NCBI GenBank assembly: GCA_938028625.1
Contig: CALIZB010000035.1
Span: 1-62,115 of the forward strand
Reading direction: 5' to 3'
From: an uncultured Bacteroidia bacterium
Lineage (GTDB): Bacteria > Bacteroidota > Bacteroidia > JANWVE01
Length of the DNA stretch: 62,115 nucleotides
Shown in pieces: positions 18,208-28,748 of this stretch; position 1 is the first letter of the stretch, and each line of letters begins with the position of its first letter. Below the pieces are notes generated by a model. That model did no database searches. It saw only the letters and a list, made by a program, of their open reading frames with translations, and was not told the origin of the DNA. The position numbers and the translations under genes are program-made.

Positions 18208-19770
18208 TTACTTTATACTTACATATACATCTGCCATATTTGTAGGAACTTTGCGATAATTTTTCAGTAATGTAGGTAGATAGCGTTGTAGTTCTGGAAA
18301 CAAACCAAATTCATCTATAAAAAGAGCTGGAGGATCTTTTTGAAAAGCGTCATATATGTCAGGAAGGGTTTCTTTTTTTGAAATTAGCCTACGGTTTTGG
18401 TTATGCTTAAAAAAAGCCATTTTGTAGTAGGCAATACTGAAATTTGTATATTGTGTAGCACACTTGCGGTTCAGTTTTACATACCATTCTGGGCGGTAGG
18501 AAAGAATAAGAATGCGCTGTTCGGGTTCACTGTGTAAGTCAATTATTTTTTGAAAATTTGCCCATTGCAAAGAAAGGTCATGATACAGCATATAATTTTG
18601 GCTTACCCACCCCTTCGGCTTGATGATTTTTTGAGAAACAAAATACTGATACAGATTAGGACTTGCAATAACCACGTACAAAAACAGATTAAAACTAAAA
18701 AAAGCTGTAATTCCTAGCCAAAAAACTCTTTTAAGCCATTTTTTTTGAAGGGTAAGAAAAAATACCGCCAAGAAAATACTCAAAAATGGTGCAGTTTGCA
18801 ATATGTAGTGAAAATATAAGCGTCTTACACCCAGAATAATTCCTATAAAGGAAGTAATAAAGCATATAATAATAATGGTATGTCCCCTGCGTCTTTGTAT
18901 GTTGTAGGATATTTTTCCAAAATACCATAGTAATGCTCCCCATATACCTAATACAAGAAAAATTCCCCACCCCCTGATAATATCCATCAAACTCTGACTA
19001 ACAGAAAGCGTTTCATGCGGATTTTTACCAATAAGAATGTAATCTAAATTATATACTATTCCAATATCCCAGAAACTCTTCCAATGTCCTGTTATGAAAC
19101 GAATAAAACCATACAGCAAAACAGGGAGAACAAAGAAAAAAAACATTTCAAACAAGTGTTTTGGTTTGGGTGCAAAAACTACTATATATCCCATTATAAT
19201 TCCTACAATATGTGTTATTGCTTGATATTTGAACCAAAAAGCAAAAAACAGACATAGTCCGATTTTTACAAACAGCCATTCGTCATACTGCCCTATATCG
19301 TCAGTGTATTTTATGAGAAAAAACAAGCTCAGTACTACGGGCAGATTCATTAAAAGTTCGCCATTTAATTCCTGCGTATTCCACGGGATACTAGTCAGAA
19401 GAATATAAAAGTAGGCAGGCAATAAAGAAGGTTCGGGTAAAAGCCTGAAATTGTTCACTACATCTACCAGAAGCAATGCAGTAAGATAAATCCAAAGTAT
19501 AGCAAATATTTTAATTGCCATTAGACTGTATTTTCCAAAAATCCTGTATGCAAAAGAATACAGTCCAACCAACAGAGGGGGTTTATTGTCCCAGGCATCA
19601 GTATAGTTTTTTCCTTTCTCCACTACACGCTGTGCGCATATATAATAACTTGCTTCATCTGTAAGAACATGATGCTTATCCAAAGAAGGCAGGCGAAGTA
19701 TAATTACAAAAATCAAGAGAAATATATATGGAACTATACTGTTTTTTTGCTGAAATAGATTGATCCACAT
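18208..19770 (-). CDS. ArnT/PMT-like GT-C membrane glycosyltransferase
   Basis: TDEASY and WDNKPP motifs, about 11 TM helices. Start moved to ATG 19770. Confidence 0.75.
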   Translation of the reverse strand: MWINLFQQKNSIVPYIFLLIFVIILRLPSLDKHHVLTDEASYYICAQRVVEKGKNYTDAWDNKPPLLVGLYSFAYRIFGKYSLMAIKIFAILWIYLTALLLVDVVNNFRLLPEPSLLPAYFYILLTSIPWNTQELNGELLMNLPVVLSLFFLIKYTDDIGQYDEWLFVKIGLCLFFAFWFKYQAITHIVGIIMGYIVVFAPKPKHLFEMFFFFVLPVLLYGFIRFITGHWKSFWDIGIVYNLDYILIGKNPHETLSVSQSLMDIIRGWGIFLVLGIWGALLWYFGKISYNIQRRRGHTIIIICFITSFIGIILGVRRLYFHYILQTAPFLSIFLAVFFLTLQKKWLKRVFWLGITAFFSFNLFLYVVIASPNLYQYFVSQKIIKPKGWVSQNYMLYHDLSLQWANFQKIIDLHSEPEQRILILSYRPEWYVKLNRKCATQYTNFSIAYYKMAFFKHNQNRRLISKKETLPDIYDAFQKDPPALFIDEFGLFPELQRYLPTLLKNYRKVPTNMADVYVSIK

Positions 19771-19817
19771 TCCTGTTACAAAGATAGACAAACACAATGA
19801 GATAAAAAGATGACCGC

Positions 19818-20741
19818 CTAAAGTTTGTTGCCGCGAAGAAATTCTTTCGTGTACATTTTCTTTTTGCCTTCTTTTTGCAGGGAAAGGATATTTACATAAC
19901 CATCAGACGTGTGCACATGTATATAGGTTTTGTTATCTGTTTCAATATGACCTATAAAATGGGAGTGTGCTTCCAACACAGGCTGTACTTCATGTATTTT
20001 GTAATAATTGCCATTAAGTAATGTCCATGCAGAGGGATAGGGATTTAGTCCTCTGACAAAATTGTAAATTTCTGTTGCTTTTTTATTCCAGTTTATTTGT
20101 GTGTTTTCTTTGCTGAGTTTGGGAGCGGGTTTAAGTTCAGCAAAATCTGGCTGAGGAGTGGGTTTGAGAGTATTTTTCCATAATCCTTCTATGGTTCTCA
20201 GTACTAAGCTACTGCCTTTTTCACACATAATCTGATACAGTTCGCCTGCTGTCATGCTGTTGCTGATAGCAATTTTTTCCTGCAACAAGATATTTCCTGT
20301 ATCAATTTGATTATCAATTAAAAATGTAGTAACACCTGTTTCTTTTTCCCCATTGATAATTGCCCACTGAATAGGTGCGGCACCCCTGTACTGTGGTAGA
20401 TAAGAAGTATGTAAATTAAATGTGCCTAGTTTTGGAATTTTCCACACACTTTCAGGTAAAATACGAAAAGCTACCACTACCTGTATATCGGGTTGCCATT
20501 CATTCAGTGTTTGGACAAAAGACTCTTCTTTCAGGTTTTGAGGTTGTAGTATTGGGATATTATGTTGCAGAGCATATTCCTTTACAGCAGAGAAATGCAT
20601 TTTTCGTCCTCTGCCTGCGGGTTTATCGGGGGTAGTAACTACTCCTTTAACATTGTATCCTGCTTGAAGTATAACATCAAGACAAAAAACTGCAATCTCG
20701 GGAGTTCCCATAAAAACAAGCACAGGTTGTTTTTTTTCCAT
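19818..20741 (-). CDS. fmt: Methionyl-tRNA formyltransferase
   Basis: FMGTP, PDKPAGRG and NLHTSYLPQYRGAAPI. Confidence 0.96.
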   Translation of the reverse strand: MEKKQPVLVFMGTPEIAVFCLDVILQAGYNVKGVVTTPDKPAGRGRKMHFSAVKEYALQHNIPILQPQNLKEESFVQTLNEWQPDIQVVVAFRILPESVWKIPKLGTFNLHTSYLPQYRGAAPIQWAIINGEKETGVTTFLIDNQIDTGNILLQEKIAISNSMTAGELYQIMCEKGSSLVLRTIEGLWKNTLKPTPQPDFAELKPAPKLSKENTQINWNKKATEIYNFVRGLNPYPSAWTLLNGNYYKIHEVQPVLEAHSHFIGHIETDNKTYIHVHTSDGYVNILSLQKEGKKKMYTKEFLRGNKL

Positions 20742-20773
20742 TACCTGCAAAAGTATAAAAGAAATACCACTGT

Positions 20774-22054
20774 TTATTCTTTTAGCTGATATTTCTGCAT
20801 GTATTTTTGATAAAGTTCTGTTTGAATACTGGTTAGTTGAATTTCTCTACCTTGTACAAAGGCTTTGTAAAGAATACTTGTTTTCATATCTAATGCGTCC
20901 CCTTCACTAATAAATAAAGTAGCTTCTTTACCTACTTCAAGGCTTCCTGTTCTGTCTGCAATACCAAGTATTTGAGCAGTATAAAGCGTAATAGATTTGA
21001 GCGCCTCTTCGTGAGGTAATCCGTAGGCTATAGCAGTACCTGCTAAAAAAGGTAAATTACGCTGTTGCCAAAAACCGTCCATAGAAAGGCAGAATTTTAC
21101 TCCTGCGTCATATAGAATTTTGGGTTTTTTGTAGGGCAAATCAATGTCTTCATCTTCACGGTCAGGCAGGCTGTGGATACGTTCTAGAACCACAGGAATT
21201 TTCTTCTCTGCTAATAATTTAGCTATTTTCCAACTGTCACTTGCCCCAACAAGAACAAGTTTAACCTTGTATTTTTCAGACAGTTCTAATGCAGTATAGA
21301 TTTGTTTAAGTTCATTAGCTACCGCAAAAACGGGAGTTTTTTGTTCAAAAACAGGGAGCATAGCTTCCCAACGTTGGTCAATTTGAGTAACAGTATTAGC
21401 TTTTTTAGCTATATAGTAAGTATAAGCCTCTTCAAATGCTTTAAAGAGTTCTTTGACACGCTTTTCTTGATTTTCTTTTTGTTTTCCTTCTTTGTCTTCT
21501 CCGTATATCCTGAAAGAAGGGATATTTACATACATAGCATCATCTTTTTTGAGAGTAGCATCTTCCCAGTGCCATGCATCTAGATACATTATAGAGGACA
21601 AACCTGAAATTAAACCTGCGGTAGGTGCAATTTGAGCTATTAAAATACCATTATAGCGTACTGTAGGAATAACCTTGGAGTCTGTATTAAATCCGATTTG
21701 TGCGCGTATATTAGGCGTAATCACACCTACTTCGGAATAATCCCGTGTAGCGCGGGCGGCTTCAATTTCTGCTAATCCCAAAATAGTATTGGGAGCGATA
21801 AAACCTGGGTATACATGTTTTCCCTGTGCATCTATAATAGTAGCGTTATTAGGCGCGTTTTGAACATTTCCTATTTGTGTAACTTTCCCATCTTCTATAA
21901 GTATATCTCCCATAAAAGTGCCTTTTTCTGATGCGGTATGCAAAGTTGCCTGCTTTATCCATATCGGGGTTTTGGCAGGGTTAGCAGGAACGGGCTGTTG
22001 TGCGGATACATACCCAGATATACACACAAAGAAAATACAAAACCAGTTTTTCAT
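20774..22054 (-). CDS. Secreted amidohydrolase-family protein
   Basis: IDAQGKHVYPGFI and TGSLEVGKEATL. Signal peptide from ATG 22054. Confidence 0.85.
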   Translation of the reverse strand: MKNWFCIFFVCISGYVSAQQPVPANPAKTPIWIKQATLHTASEKGTFMGDILIEDGKVTQIGNVQNAPNNATIIDAQGKHVYPGFIAPNTILGLAEIEAARATRDYSEVGVITPNIRAQIGFNTDSKVIPTVRYNGILIAQIAPTAGLISGLSSIMYLDAWHWEDATLKKDDAMYVNIPSFRIYGEDKEGKQKENQEKRVKELFKAFEEAYTYYIAKKANTVTQIDQRWEAMLPVFEQKTPVFAVANELKQIYTALELSEKYKVKLVLVGASDSWKIAKLLAEKKIPVVLERIHSLPDREDEDIDLPYKKPKILYDAGVKFCLSMDGFWQQRNLPFLAGTAIAYGLPHEEALKSITLYTAQILGIADRTGSLEVGKEATLFISEGDALDMKTSILYKAFVQGREIQLTSIQTELYQKYMQKYQLKE

Positions 22055-22189
22055 AATCCTCCGCAAGTTAATAAAAAACTACATACCTGATTTTTTGTTC
22101 AACTCTTACTAAAAGAAAAACACATACCTGTAACCTATATTTCAAAATTTTGTTATAATTTTATACATTTGCAATATCTCGTTTTGTTC

Positions 22190-22666
22190 ATGGATATACA
22201 AACTAAAATATATTCTTACTGTAACGGCAATAAAGACTTGGATAAAGCCCTCAAAGATTTTCCGCAAGAAATGTGGGCTTACAGACCTACACCCCAAAGC
22301 TGGAGCATCAACCAGATTTTGGCACATTTAGCGGATAGTGAAGCTCATGCGTATATACGCCTACGTAAAATTGTGGCTGAACCTGAAAAAATGATAATAG
22401 GTTATGACCAAGATAAATGGGCAGACTATTTGTTTTATGAAAAACAAGATGCTACTTTATCCCTCATGACATTTAAATTTCTGCGTACCGCCAACGGGGA
22501 ACTACTTAAAATTATTCCCAACGAAGTATGGGAACATTATGTGTTTCATGATGAGTACGGTAAAATGACCCTGCATGACTGGTTGGACAGATACGAAAGA
22601 CACTTGCATTTACATATTTTTCAGATGTACAGAAACTTAAAATCTTGGGAGGAGGAAGCTAATTAG
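22190..22666 (+). CDS. DinB/BstA-like protein
   Basis: WSINQILAHLADSE, GYDQDKWA and H-x-x-x-H (RHLHLH). Confidence 0.85.
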   Translation: MDIQTKIYSYCNGNKDLDKALKDFPQEMWAYRPTPQSWSINQILAHLADSEAHAYIRLRKIVAEPEKMIIGYDQDKWADYLFYEKQDATLSLMTFKFLRTANGELLKIIPNEVWEHYVFHDEYGKMTLHDWLDRYERHLHLHIFQMYRNLKSWEEEAN

Positions 22667-22667
22667 T

Positions 22668-23411
22668 ATGCAAAAATGTGCTGTATTTTTTTTACTGTTA
22701 CAGATGTTTTATCTTGTTTCTGCACAGGAAAAAGAAGAAACTGCTTATAATCATGCTTTTGTATTCAATGTACCTAAACTGCATTCCACAGGTTCAATTG
22801 GTATAGATTTACAGTATCAGAAAAAACTAGAAAAGTACGAAAAGTACACGGGTTTTCTCAATGTATCTTTTAATGCTATCAAGCACCCGAAGGAGCTTCG
22901 TTATCGTTCCAACTTATATGAAAGCAACAGTTTTGTACTTGGTAAGTTGAATTATTTCACCATTTTGCAGACTACCCTCGGAGTTGATAAAAATTTATTA
23001 GAAACCTCTTTTCTCAATCAAGTAAACGTTAATGCAGGGATAGGCATAGGCCCATCAATAGGTATACTCACCCCATATTATTTAGATATTTATGTTTCGC
23101 AAGTCAATGGTAATCCTGTAACGCCTTACACGATACAAGAACCTTATGACCCTACTAAACATAATGCTACCAATATCTATGGTGCATCAGGGTATTTTAC
23201 AGGGTTTAATAAAAGCACACTTAAAGCAGGGCTGGGTACAAGAATACAGATTCAGACAGATATAGAAGACGGAAGGCATTTTGTACGCGGACTTATGTTT
23301 GGCTTACAAAGTGATTTCTTTTTCAGACCTATTCCTATGGTGTATAAAGCTAAACAGTATCAGGCATTTCATGGTTTGTTTCTGGGTGTATTACTCGGCA
23401 GTAAATGGTAA
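22668..23411 (+). CDS. Conserved Bacteroidota secreted/outer-membrane protein
   Basis: Signal peptide, KHPKE...FVLGKLNYF motif, terminal aromatic residue. Confidence 0.6.
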   Translation: MQKCAVFFLLLQMFYLVSAQEKEETAYNHAFVFNVPKLHSTGSIGIDLQYQKKLEKYEKYTGFLNVSFNAIKHPKELRYRSNLYESNSFVLGKLNYFTILQTTLGVDKNLLETSFLNQVNVNAGIGIGPSIGILTPYYLDIYVSQVNGNPVTPYTIQEPYDPTKHNATNIYGASGYFTGFNKSTLKAGLGTRIQIQTDIEDGRHFVRGLMFGLQSDFFFRPIPMVYKAKQYQAFHGLFLGVLLGSKW

Positions 23412-23414
23412 AAC

Positions 23415-24650
23415 ATGCACATTGTATATCTGCATCAGTATTTTTGTCCCCCTGGCGGAAGCGGAAATAATCGCTCTTTTGAATTTGCCAAAGAATGGGC
23501 TAAAAATCATACGGTTACAGTAATTACTACCAAAGCGTATTTTCCCAAAAACTATTTTCAAAATCATGTTTTTTTTAATGGTATTTGTCATCTCAATATT
23601 GATAACATTCAGGTCAAGGTACTCAATATTGAGTATTCGCATACCATGAATTACTTTCAACGTATACATGTATTCATAAAATACATGTTAAGTACGCTGA
23701 AATACATAAAACAGAATAAAACTATGGATATCATTTATGCCTCTTCTACTCCTTTAAGCGTAGGCTGGATAGCATACAAACTCTATAAAAAGTATAATAT
23801 CCCTTATTTTTTTGAGGTAGTAGATTTATGGCCTGACGTACCCATAGAAATGGGCATTATTCGTAATCCGCTACTTAAATGGTGGCTCTGGAAATGGGAA
23901 AAAAAAATTTATACTCATGCCAAAGCCATTATTACTCTTTCACAAGGTATGACAGACAGAATAGTCAAAAAAGGTATACCTGCAAATAAAGTTTTTACCC
24001 TTCCAAATGGTACAGATACAAGTTTTTTCAAACCTTGTTCTGAAGAAGTCAAAAAACAATATAAAACCGCACTTGGTTTTAAGGAAAGTGATATTATTGT
24101 ATTGTATTCAGGCACAGTAGGTAGAGCAAATGGCGTACATAATCTTATACAAGTTGCTCATTTAGCTCAAAAAGACGGATTAAATCAAGTAAAATTTGTT
24201 ATTCTCGGTTCAGGAAATAGAATTCATCAGGTCAAAACACTTGCTCAAAAATATCAACTTGATAATGTTTTGTTTTTTGAACCTGTACCTAAAAAAGATA
24301 TTTTACCCTATTTGCATGCGGCAGATATTGGGGTAATTACCTTTGAAAATTATCCCATACTCAACACAAATAGTGCCAATAAGTTTTTTGATTATCTTGC
24401 TGTTGGACTTCCTGTATGTGCAAATTATCAGGGCTGGCAAGCAGATATAGCCCATGAAAAAGCTGGTTTATTTGCACCTTGCAATAACATAAAAATTTTT
24501 TATCAAAATCTTAAAAAGATGGTATTAAATTCAGAAATTCGTATTATATTTGCTCTTCATGCGGTTGAGCTTGTACAACAGTATGACAGAAAATATTTAT
24601 CTCACCAAACCTTAAGCTTGCTTGAAGAAAAACATGAAACTACAAAATGA
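23415..24650 (+). CDS. GT4 glycosyltransferase (WbuB-like)
   Basis: HQYF, ASSTPL, EVVDLWPD, YSGTVGRANG and NKFFDYLA. Confidence 0.9.
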   Translation: MHIVYLHQYFCPPGGSGNNRSFEFAKEWAKNHTVTVITTKAYFPKNYFQNHVFFNGICHLNIDNIQVKVLNIEYSHTMNYFQRIHVFIKYMLSTLKYIKQNKTMDIIYASSTPLSVGWIAYKLYKKYNIPYFFEVVDLWPDVPIEMGIIRNPLLKWWLWKWEKKIYTHAKAIITLSQGMTDRIVKKGIPANKVFTLPNGTDTSFFKPCSEEVKKQYKTALGFKESDIIVLYSGTVGRANGVHNLIQVAHLAQKDGLNQVKFVILGSGNRIHQVKTLAQKYQLDNVLFFEPVPKKDILPYLHAADIGVITFENYPILNTNSANKFFDYLAVGLPVCANYQGWQADIAHEKAGLFAPCNNIKIFYQNLKKMVLNSEIRIIFALHAVELVQQYDRKYLSHQTLSLLEEKHETTK

Positions 24651-25302
24651 GTCTGAAAAAGAAACTTATAATGTTTTACTTGTAGATGACCACCAAATGT
24701 TTCTTGACGGTCTGGAGTTTATTTTAAGCAAAGAACCTGATTTGTCCGTGATAGCAGAAGCTAATAATGGTAAAAATGCTCTACCGCTTGTAAAAAATAT
24801 GCAAGTAGACCTTGTCATTACCGACATTAATATGCCTGAAATGGACGGTATAACACTTACCAAGCATATAAAACAAGAATATCCTCATATAAAAGTGCTT
24901 GTGTTATCTATGCATAATGAAAAAAGCATTATTAGTCAAATTATGCAAAGTGAAGCAGATGGATACGTGCTTAAAAACTGTCGCAAGCAGGAACTGCTAC
25001 TTGCTATCCGTACTGTACTGGATAATGGCACGTATTATTGTAAAGAAGTAGCAAACCTTATACGGGAGAACTACAAAACTCTGACTAGTCAGGAAAAAAT
25101 AGAACTTACCCCGCGAGAAAAAGAGATACTAGAACTGATTGTGCAGGAATATTCCAGTCAGGAAATTGCAGAGAAATTGCATATCAGTAAAAGAACCGTA
25201 GATACACACCGGATAAACATTATGGAAAAAACTAATTCCAATACACTTATCGGACTGATAAAATATGCTATACAGCATAAAATACTCAATGTATTGATAT
25301 AA
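24634..25302 (+). CDS. NarL/LuxR-family response regulator (no cognate kinase adjacent)
   Basis: LVDDH, TDINMP and LSMH receiver motifs, plus HTH LTPREKEIL...TVDTHR. Confidence 0.93.
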   Translation: MKLQNESEKETYNVLLVDDHQMFLDGLEFILSKEPDLSVIAEANNGKNALPLVKNMQVDLVITDINMPEMDGITLTKHIKQEYPHIKVLVLSMHNEKSIISQIMQSEADGYVLKNCRKQELLLAIRTVLDNGTYYCKEVANLIRENYKTLTSQEKIELTPREKEILELIVQEYSSQEIAEKLHISKRTVDTHRINIMEKTNSNTLIGLIKYAIQHKILNVLI

Positions 25303-25328
25303 AATTCAGATAGAGTAAAAACAAATAA

Positions 25329-27368
25329 TTACTTAATAATAGCAAACTTACCTGTTTTAATATCTCCGTTATCTAAATTTTTTACAGTGTAGAGATATAG
25401 ACCCGTACTTATATTTTGTTTATTTTGGGAGAGTACGTCCCAAGCATGTTCTCCGCCTGAAAACTGAACCTTTTTGTTGGTAGCATAGTCTTTGAACCAC
25501 TGTATATCACTGCCATTATAGCTATCAGCGTCATGGTTAAGAGTAGCTACAATATCTCCTGCTAATGTATAAATTCTGATTTCTGCCCTGCGGGGAAGGT
25601 TATAGAAATATATTTTTTTACCTCTGTCCCCTTCACCGTCCCATGCGGCGTTTATACGAAATGGATTAGGATAAACTCCTATCTCCGTAGAAACAGGATT
25701 ATCAGGAGTAGTACCTGGGAATACACTTATTGCATTTGCCGTAATACTGGACTCCAAAGATTTGATATTGAGGCTATCTACCCCTTTATCAAAAGCTGTT
25801 ACAACAAACATATACTGCCAGCCGTTAAGTAGTCCGCCGAGTTCGTACTTGAACCAGTATTTTGTCGTATCATTTTGAAAAATCATTGGGCTTGAGAGTT
25901 CTATATTTTTGAATCCATTGTTATATCCAATAGCGTTTCCAGTGGAGTCCCATTGTTGCCACAATTTAAGGTTATTGATTAAGTTTCCATTTTTATCATC
26001 ACCAGGATTTGTACCATAGAGTCTAAATCCTTCAAAATCCTTTCGTTTGGATATAGGATCTATGCTATTTAATGCCGCTCTATCCCAGTAAATAGTAGCT
26101 TTATTACTTTCTAAAACAATCTTGGTTTTGGGAGTAGCAGGAGGTTCGGGCAGGATAAAGCGGTCTATAACACCGTCATTATCTAAATCTTCCCCTGGGT
26201 CTAATACGCCGTTTCCGTTGCTATCTTCTCCGTTATACGCTTGTTGTACCTGTATAGCATTGCTGACTAATTCTGTTCTTGCAAAAGGTGTATCAGAGTT
26301 TGTACCGCTTTGGAGTTTTTTTGCACACAAAAAAGCTATGGTAAAGTTAATTTTTTCACCAGGTAGAACCTGTACAATGGGTCCCATAGTGAGCAGTTGT
26401 ACATTATTTCCAGGGGATTTGAACGCGTCAGGGTTAGATACAAAATCATGTCCTGAACGCATGCGTGCATAGCGCTGAATATCGTCATTAGGTCCTGTAC
26501 CGCTACCAGTACCGTTAAATGTCCAAAAGTTACAGAATACTTTACTGTTGTTCAAGGACGGAGTATACAGTTGATTTCTGAACACTGTACCCAAAAACTT
26601 TATAGCACCATAAGATTGTGCTTGTAAATAGTCTGACGAGATAGGGTTAGCATGAAAAGCATAAACAAGGTTATGTTCAGGCAAAAAACCTCCTCCACCT
26701 TTGTTAAAAAAGGCACTACCGCTTTCTGTGGTAGCCCTTATGTTTCGTACTACCAAATCTGACCAAAAGCCAAGATACACACTGTCCCATACTTCTGTAG
26801 AAGCATTAGTAATATGATAATCTACAATAACAAAGTAATCTGCATAAGAAAAGTTGTACGCATAAGTACGCTGTTCTACATCTGCACCCAAAGGAAATTG
26901 ATGCTGGTCAATGGGGACGGTAGTTCCAGGTACAATTACGTTTTTATCGGTATAAGTACATATTTTATCCTGATGACTGATAGCACTTGCACTGTAAAAT
27001 GAAGAGCTTGTCAGGGAAGAGCGTTCTATAATAGTGCTTCCTACGGGTGCGGTAAATTCGTATCCTCTTTTACCCAGAGCATACCCTGACGGGTCGTCAA
27101 CTGCCCCTGTACTTACGCGTATGCTGCCAAGAACCTTTGCACCTATCCACAGACCGCCTTCAAAAAGATGTTCTGTTTTAGAACCATTAGGATACTGCAT
27201 GGAAGGAGGACCATTGGGGTTAGAACGTACATCAGGTTTGCCAATAGTACCTACATTAGTTACAGACAGACCTAAATTACCTATATCTACGGTAGTTCTT
27301 ACAAAACTTGACTGTGCAAATAAGCAGGCGATTAAGATTGTATTTAGCCAAAGTAAAACACTCTTCAT
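25329..27368 (-). CDS. Secreted protein with DxDxDG calcium-binding motifs, an FN3-like region and a T9SS-like CTD
   Basis: Signal peptide, EHLFEGGLWIGA, DSNGNGVLDPGEDLDNDGVID, and VYPNP...IYTLAGDIV...GLYLY...GKFAIIK. Confidence 0.7.
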   Translation of the reverse strand: MKSVLLWLNTILIACLFAQSSFVRTTVDIGNLGLSVTNVGTIGKPDVRSNPNGPPSMQYPNGSKTEHLFEGGLWIGAKVLGSIRVSTGAVDDPSGYALGKRGYEFTAPVGSTIIERSSLTSSSFYSASAISHQDKICTYTDKNVIVPGTTVPIDQHQFPLGADVEQRTYAYNFSYADYFVIVDYHITNASTEVWDSVYLGFWSDLVVRNIRATTESGSAFFNKGGGGFLPEHNLVYAFHANPISSDYLQAQSYGAIKFLGTVFRNQLYTPSLNNSKVFCNFWTFNGTGSGTGPNDDIQRYARMRSGHDFVSNPDAFKSPGNNVQLLTMGPIVQVLPGEKINFTIAFLCAKKLQSGTNSDTPFARTELVSNAIQVQQAYNGEDSNGNGVLDPGEDLDNDGVIDRFILPEPPATPKTKIVLESNKATIYWDRAALNSIDPISKRKDFEGFRLYGTNPGDDKNGNLINNLKLWQQWDSTGNAIGYNNGFKNIELSSPMIFQNDTTKYWFKYELGGLLNGWQYMFVVTAFDKGVDSLNIKSLESSITANAISVFPGTTPDNPVSTEIGVYPNPFRINAAWDGEGDRGKKIYFYNLPRRAEIRIYTLAGDIVATLNHDADSYNGSDIQWFKDYATNKKVQFSGGEHAWDVLSQNKQNISTGLYLYTVKNLDNGDIKTGKFAIIK

Positions 27369-27605
27369 AACTGCAAATATGAGTTAATTATACAGATTTA
27401 GCAAATTATGAAATTATTAAGTAGAGAAAAGTATATCATAAAAGCCTGCTTTCATGTCTACTCTATCATCACAAAAGCACTCCAATGGTAAGGTTCTTTA
27501 TATTGTTTTCTAATTTGTTTTTGTGCGGTTTTAGAAGCAATATGTTTTCTTACACTTTTTCACTTCAAAAATACTAAAAAAGAAAATGGGTCTGCATATG
27601 ATATT

Positions 27606-28745
27606 CTATACACCAAAACACCATCTAAGCCAAAATACAATCCATTGAAAAAAGTTCTTCCAGTTTTTTTTAGTGTTTCTTTGAGGTTTTACCTTATTAT
27701 GATGATATTCTAATACACAGCATTCGTGTTTGTGGTCCTCTACTTGTAGATTTCCTATCAATTGAATGATTGTATTTTCTCTATCTTTGGGATTAGGCGT
27801 ATCTGAATTTTTTTGCCATAGTTTTTGCTCTTCTTCAATAGCTTTGAGCTGTGCAGGTGATAATCTTTCTTTAGCAAGTTCGGTCAAGTCGGGCTTGCCT
27901 GCGCGTTCCCATGCGGTACGCCAGAAAGAACCTATTCGTAAAATAGCTTTACGCATACGGCGTTCTACCTGTCCGTTGAGGCGTCTGTGGTACTCTGTGG
28001 AGAATTCTTTGGAATATACTTTAACCAAAACACCGTTACGATTTTCAAAACTGTATTTTTTATCAGCAGGAAAGGATTTTGTGAGTTCTTTTTCAAAAGA
28101 GAGTACACTGTCTAATGCGGCATGAGATTCCAGTACAGTTGTCCAAGCTTCTTCTAAAGTGTTTTTAATAAAATACGCTTTTCCTACAAAGAAATTGTAT
28201 TTCTCACCAAAAAGCTCTGGCAAGCGGGATTCCCAAAAACCATGTATGCCTTTTTGTCCTGTGAGTTGTCCGTTGTAATTTTCAGTAGTATGCAAAGGCA
28301 CATGAGCATCACCTACGTAGTGTCCAAGTTCTGTGCTGTATTTAAGTATTTTTTCAAGATTTTTTTCTTTGAAGGCATTTGTTAATTGTGATAAACTGAC
28401 CTGAATATGCCAGGGTACTATTCCATAGGCGAGCAAGGTGTCTTCTGTATACATGGTTTTGGCATCTTCCCACCTGCGCGGAACATTCAGAAACGGGTAT
28501 TTGCCATAGTGGTCTACATCAATAAAATGACGGGGTGCTTCATAGGTTACGGCATACCTGCGGCTATCAGGGTCTGTAGCATGTTCGGTAATAAATTCAA
28601 TATGGGCTTTGTAGAAAGGTATCATTTCAGGGGGAAGAGTAAATACGGCCAAACGATTTATCCGCTGATGCGCCCAGAAGCCCCATGAAAATCCCGTCTG
28701 TACATATAAAACTCCACAAAGCAGTGTAAGAATGACTTTTTTCAT
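27606..28745 (-). CDS. S1/P1 nuclease / zinc-dependent phospholipase C family
   Basis: Mature N-terminus WGFWAH, PRHFID, HYVGDAHVPLHT and HGFWE. Confidence 0.9.
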   Translation of the reverse strand: MKKVILTLLCGVLYVQTGFSWGFWAHQRINRLAVFTLPPEMIPFYKAHIEFITEHATDPDSRRYAVTYEAPRHFIDVDHYGKYPFLNVPRRWEDAKTMYTEDTLLAYGIVPWHIQVSLSQLTNAFKEKNLEKILKYSTELGHYVGDAHVPLHTTENYNGQLTGQKGIHGFWESRLPELFGEKYNFFVGKAYFIKNTLEEAWTTVLESHAALDSVLSFEKELTKSFPADKKYSFENRNGVLVKVYSKEFSTEYHRRLNGQVERRMRKAILRIGSFWRTAWERAGKPDLTELAKERLSPAQLKAIEEEQKLWQKNSDTPNPKDRENTIIQLIGNLQVEDHKHECCVLEYHHNKVKPQRNTKKNWKNFFQWIVFWLRWCFGV

Positions 28746-28748
28746 AAC

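Noticed and set aside
22647-22670. GGAGGAGG upstream of ORF 22668 as an SD
   Set aside because: It encodes W-E-E at the end of the DinB gene and lies about 12 nt from the ATG, so it is probably coincidental.
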